Positions 63,600 through 64,000 of a DNA stretch of 64,000 bases are shown in pieces. The notes beneath the pieces were generated by a model. That model was not told the DNA's origin. It saw only the letters and a program-made list of their open reading frames with translations, and did no database searches. Positions within the stretch are counted from its first letter, which is position 1; every line of letters starts with the position of its first letter. Origin of the DNA: Obrimoposthia wandeli (lineage: Eukaryota); the NCBI GenBank assembly GCA_977020255.1, contig CDROCS010001369.1, positions 248,001-312,000 of the forward strand. Reading direction: 5' to 3'. Both the position numbers and the translations under genes were made by a program.

Positions 63600-64000
63600 T
63601 AGAATTAAATAGAATTATTACTAATAGTACTAAATAGAACTAAATACTAATGGTACTAAAAGAACTATGACAGTACTGAAGCAGGACTAGCCAGTCAGGA
63701 AGAAAAGGAACCGGCCTGTGGTCACATACTGCACGGTACACCAAAAAGACTCAAACAAGAATACCACGATGTAATAATGGTATTACGTAATTCACATGGG
63801 AAAAGAGACCTAATGAGAGTTCATTTAATCGACGCAGACACTGAAAAGATAATTTGTCAGATGGACACCAAATACTTCGACGGAAAGACAATTGTATGTT
63901 GTATACCGGAATCTCACCGGTTAGACACAGATCAAACGGAAGTATCTGTAAGGTTGAGCGTAATAAAAGGATTTCATTCGCCAAACCAACCGGAAGTTAC

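Larger units (their letters stand above)
50020..64000 (+). mobile_element. Giant Ty3/Gypsy (Metaviridae) LTR retrotransposon, runs off the window end
   Basis: 5' LTR, PBS, repeat-rich leader, gag, accessory domains, PR-RT-RH-IN order (Gypsy). 3' LTR not in window. Confidence 0.95.

Noticed and set aside
53248-63984. Many minus-strand and alternate-frame ORFs over the giant element
   Set aside because: Shadow ORFs of the A-rich coding strand; no motifs.

Overview
AT-rich eukaryotic (metazoan) genomic DNA, not prokaryotic: no operons, rRNA or tRNA genes, or CRISPR arrays were seen. The element set is compatible with a planarian-like genome (inference). The window is mostly nested transposable elements around one clear host gene, a two-exon PAP2-family lipid phosphatase (PLPP6/7-like, 38185-47642, 8.9-kb intron). 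From 50020 to the window end lies a large Ty3/Gypsy LTR retrotransposon with a 2.7-kb array-filled LTR and a tRNA-Met-type PBS. Its coding region reconstructs as one ~3,300-3,400 aa polyprotein broken by 4 in-frame stops and 3 single-base homopolymer shifts. The domain order is Gag(CCHC), SUMO/Ubl-like, AT-hook, Bcl-2-like, internal signal peptide plus chuvirus-like fusion glycoprotein, protease 1, BIR, BIR, RING (IAP), protease 2, RT, RNase H, truncated integrase. This is a retrovirus-like element with an envelope placed between gag and pol and two independent anti-apoptotic-type modules. It resembles the giant planarian Burro elements, so novelty must be checked against those. Also present: a 6.6-kb Polinton-like TIR element with protein-primed PolB and a TBP-like ORF but no visible capsid or integrase; an R2-superfamily (NeSL/R5/Utopia-like) non-LTR element inserted into an LTR; decayed BEL/Pao, Gypsy, Tc1, pogo and piggyBac elements; and a MITE. 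All domain calls come from motif recognition by eye; no database search was run.
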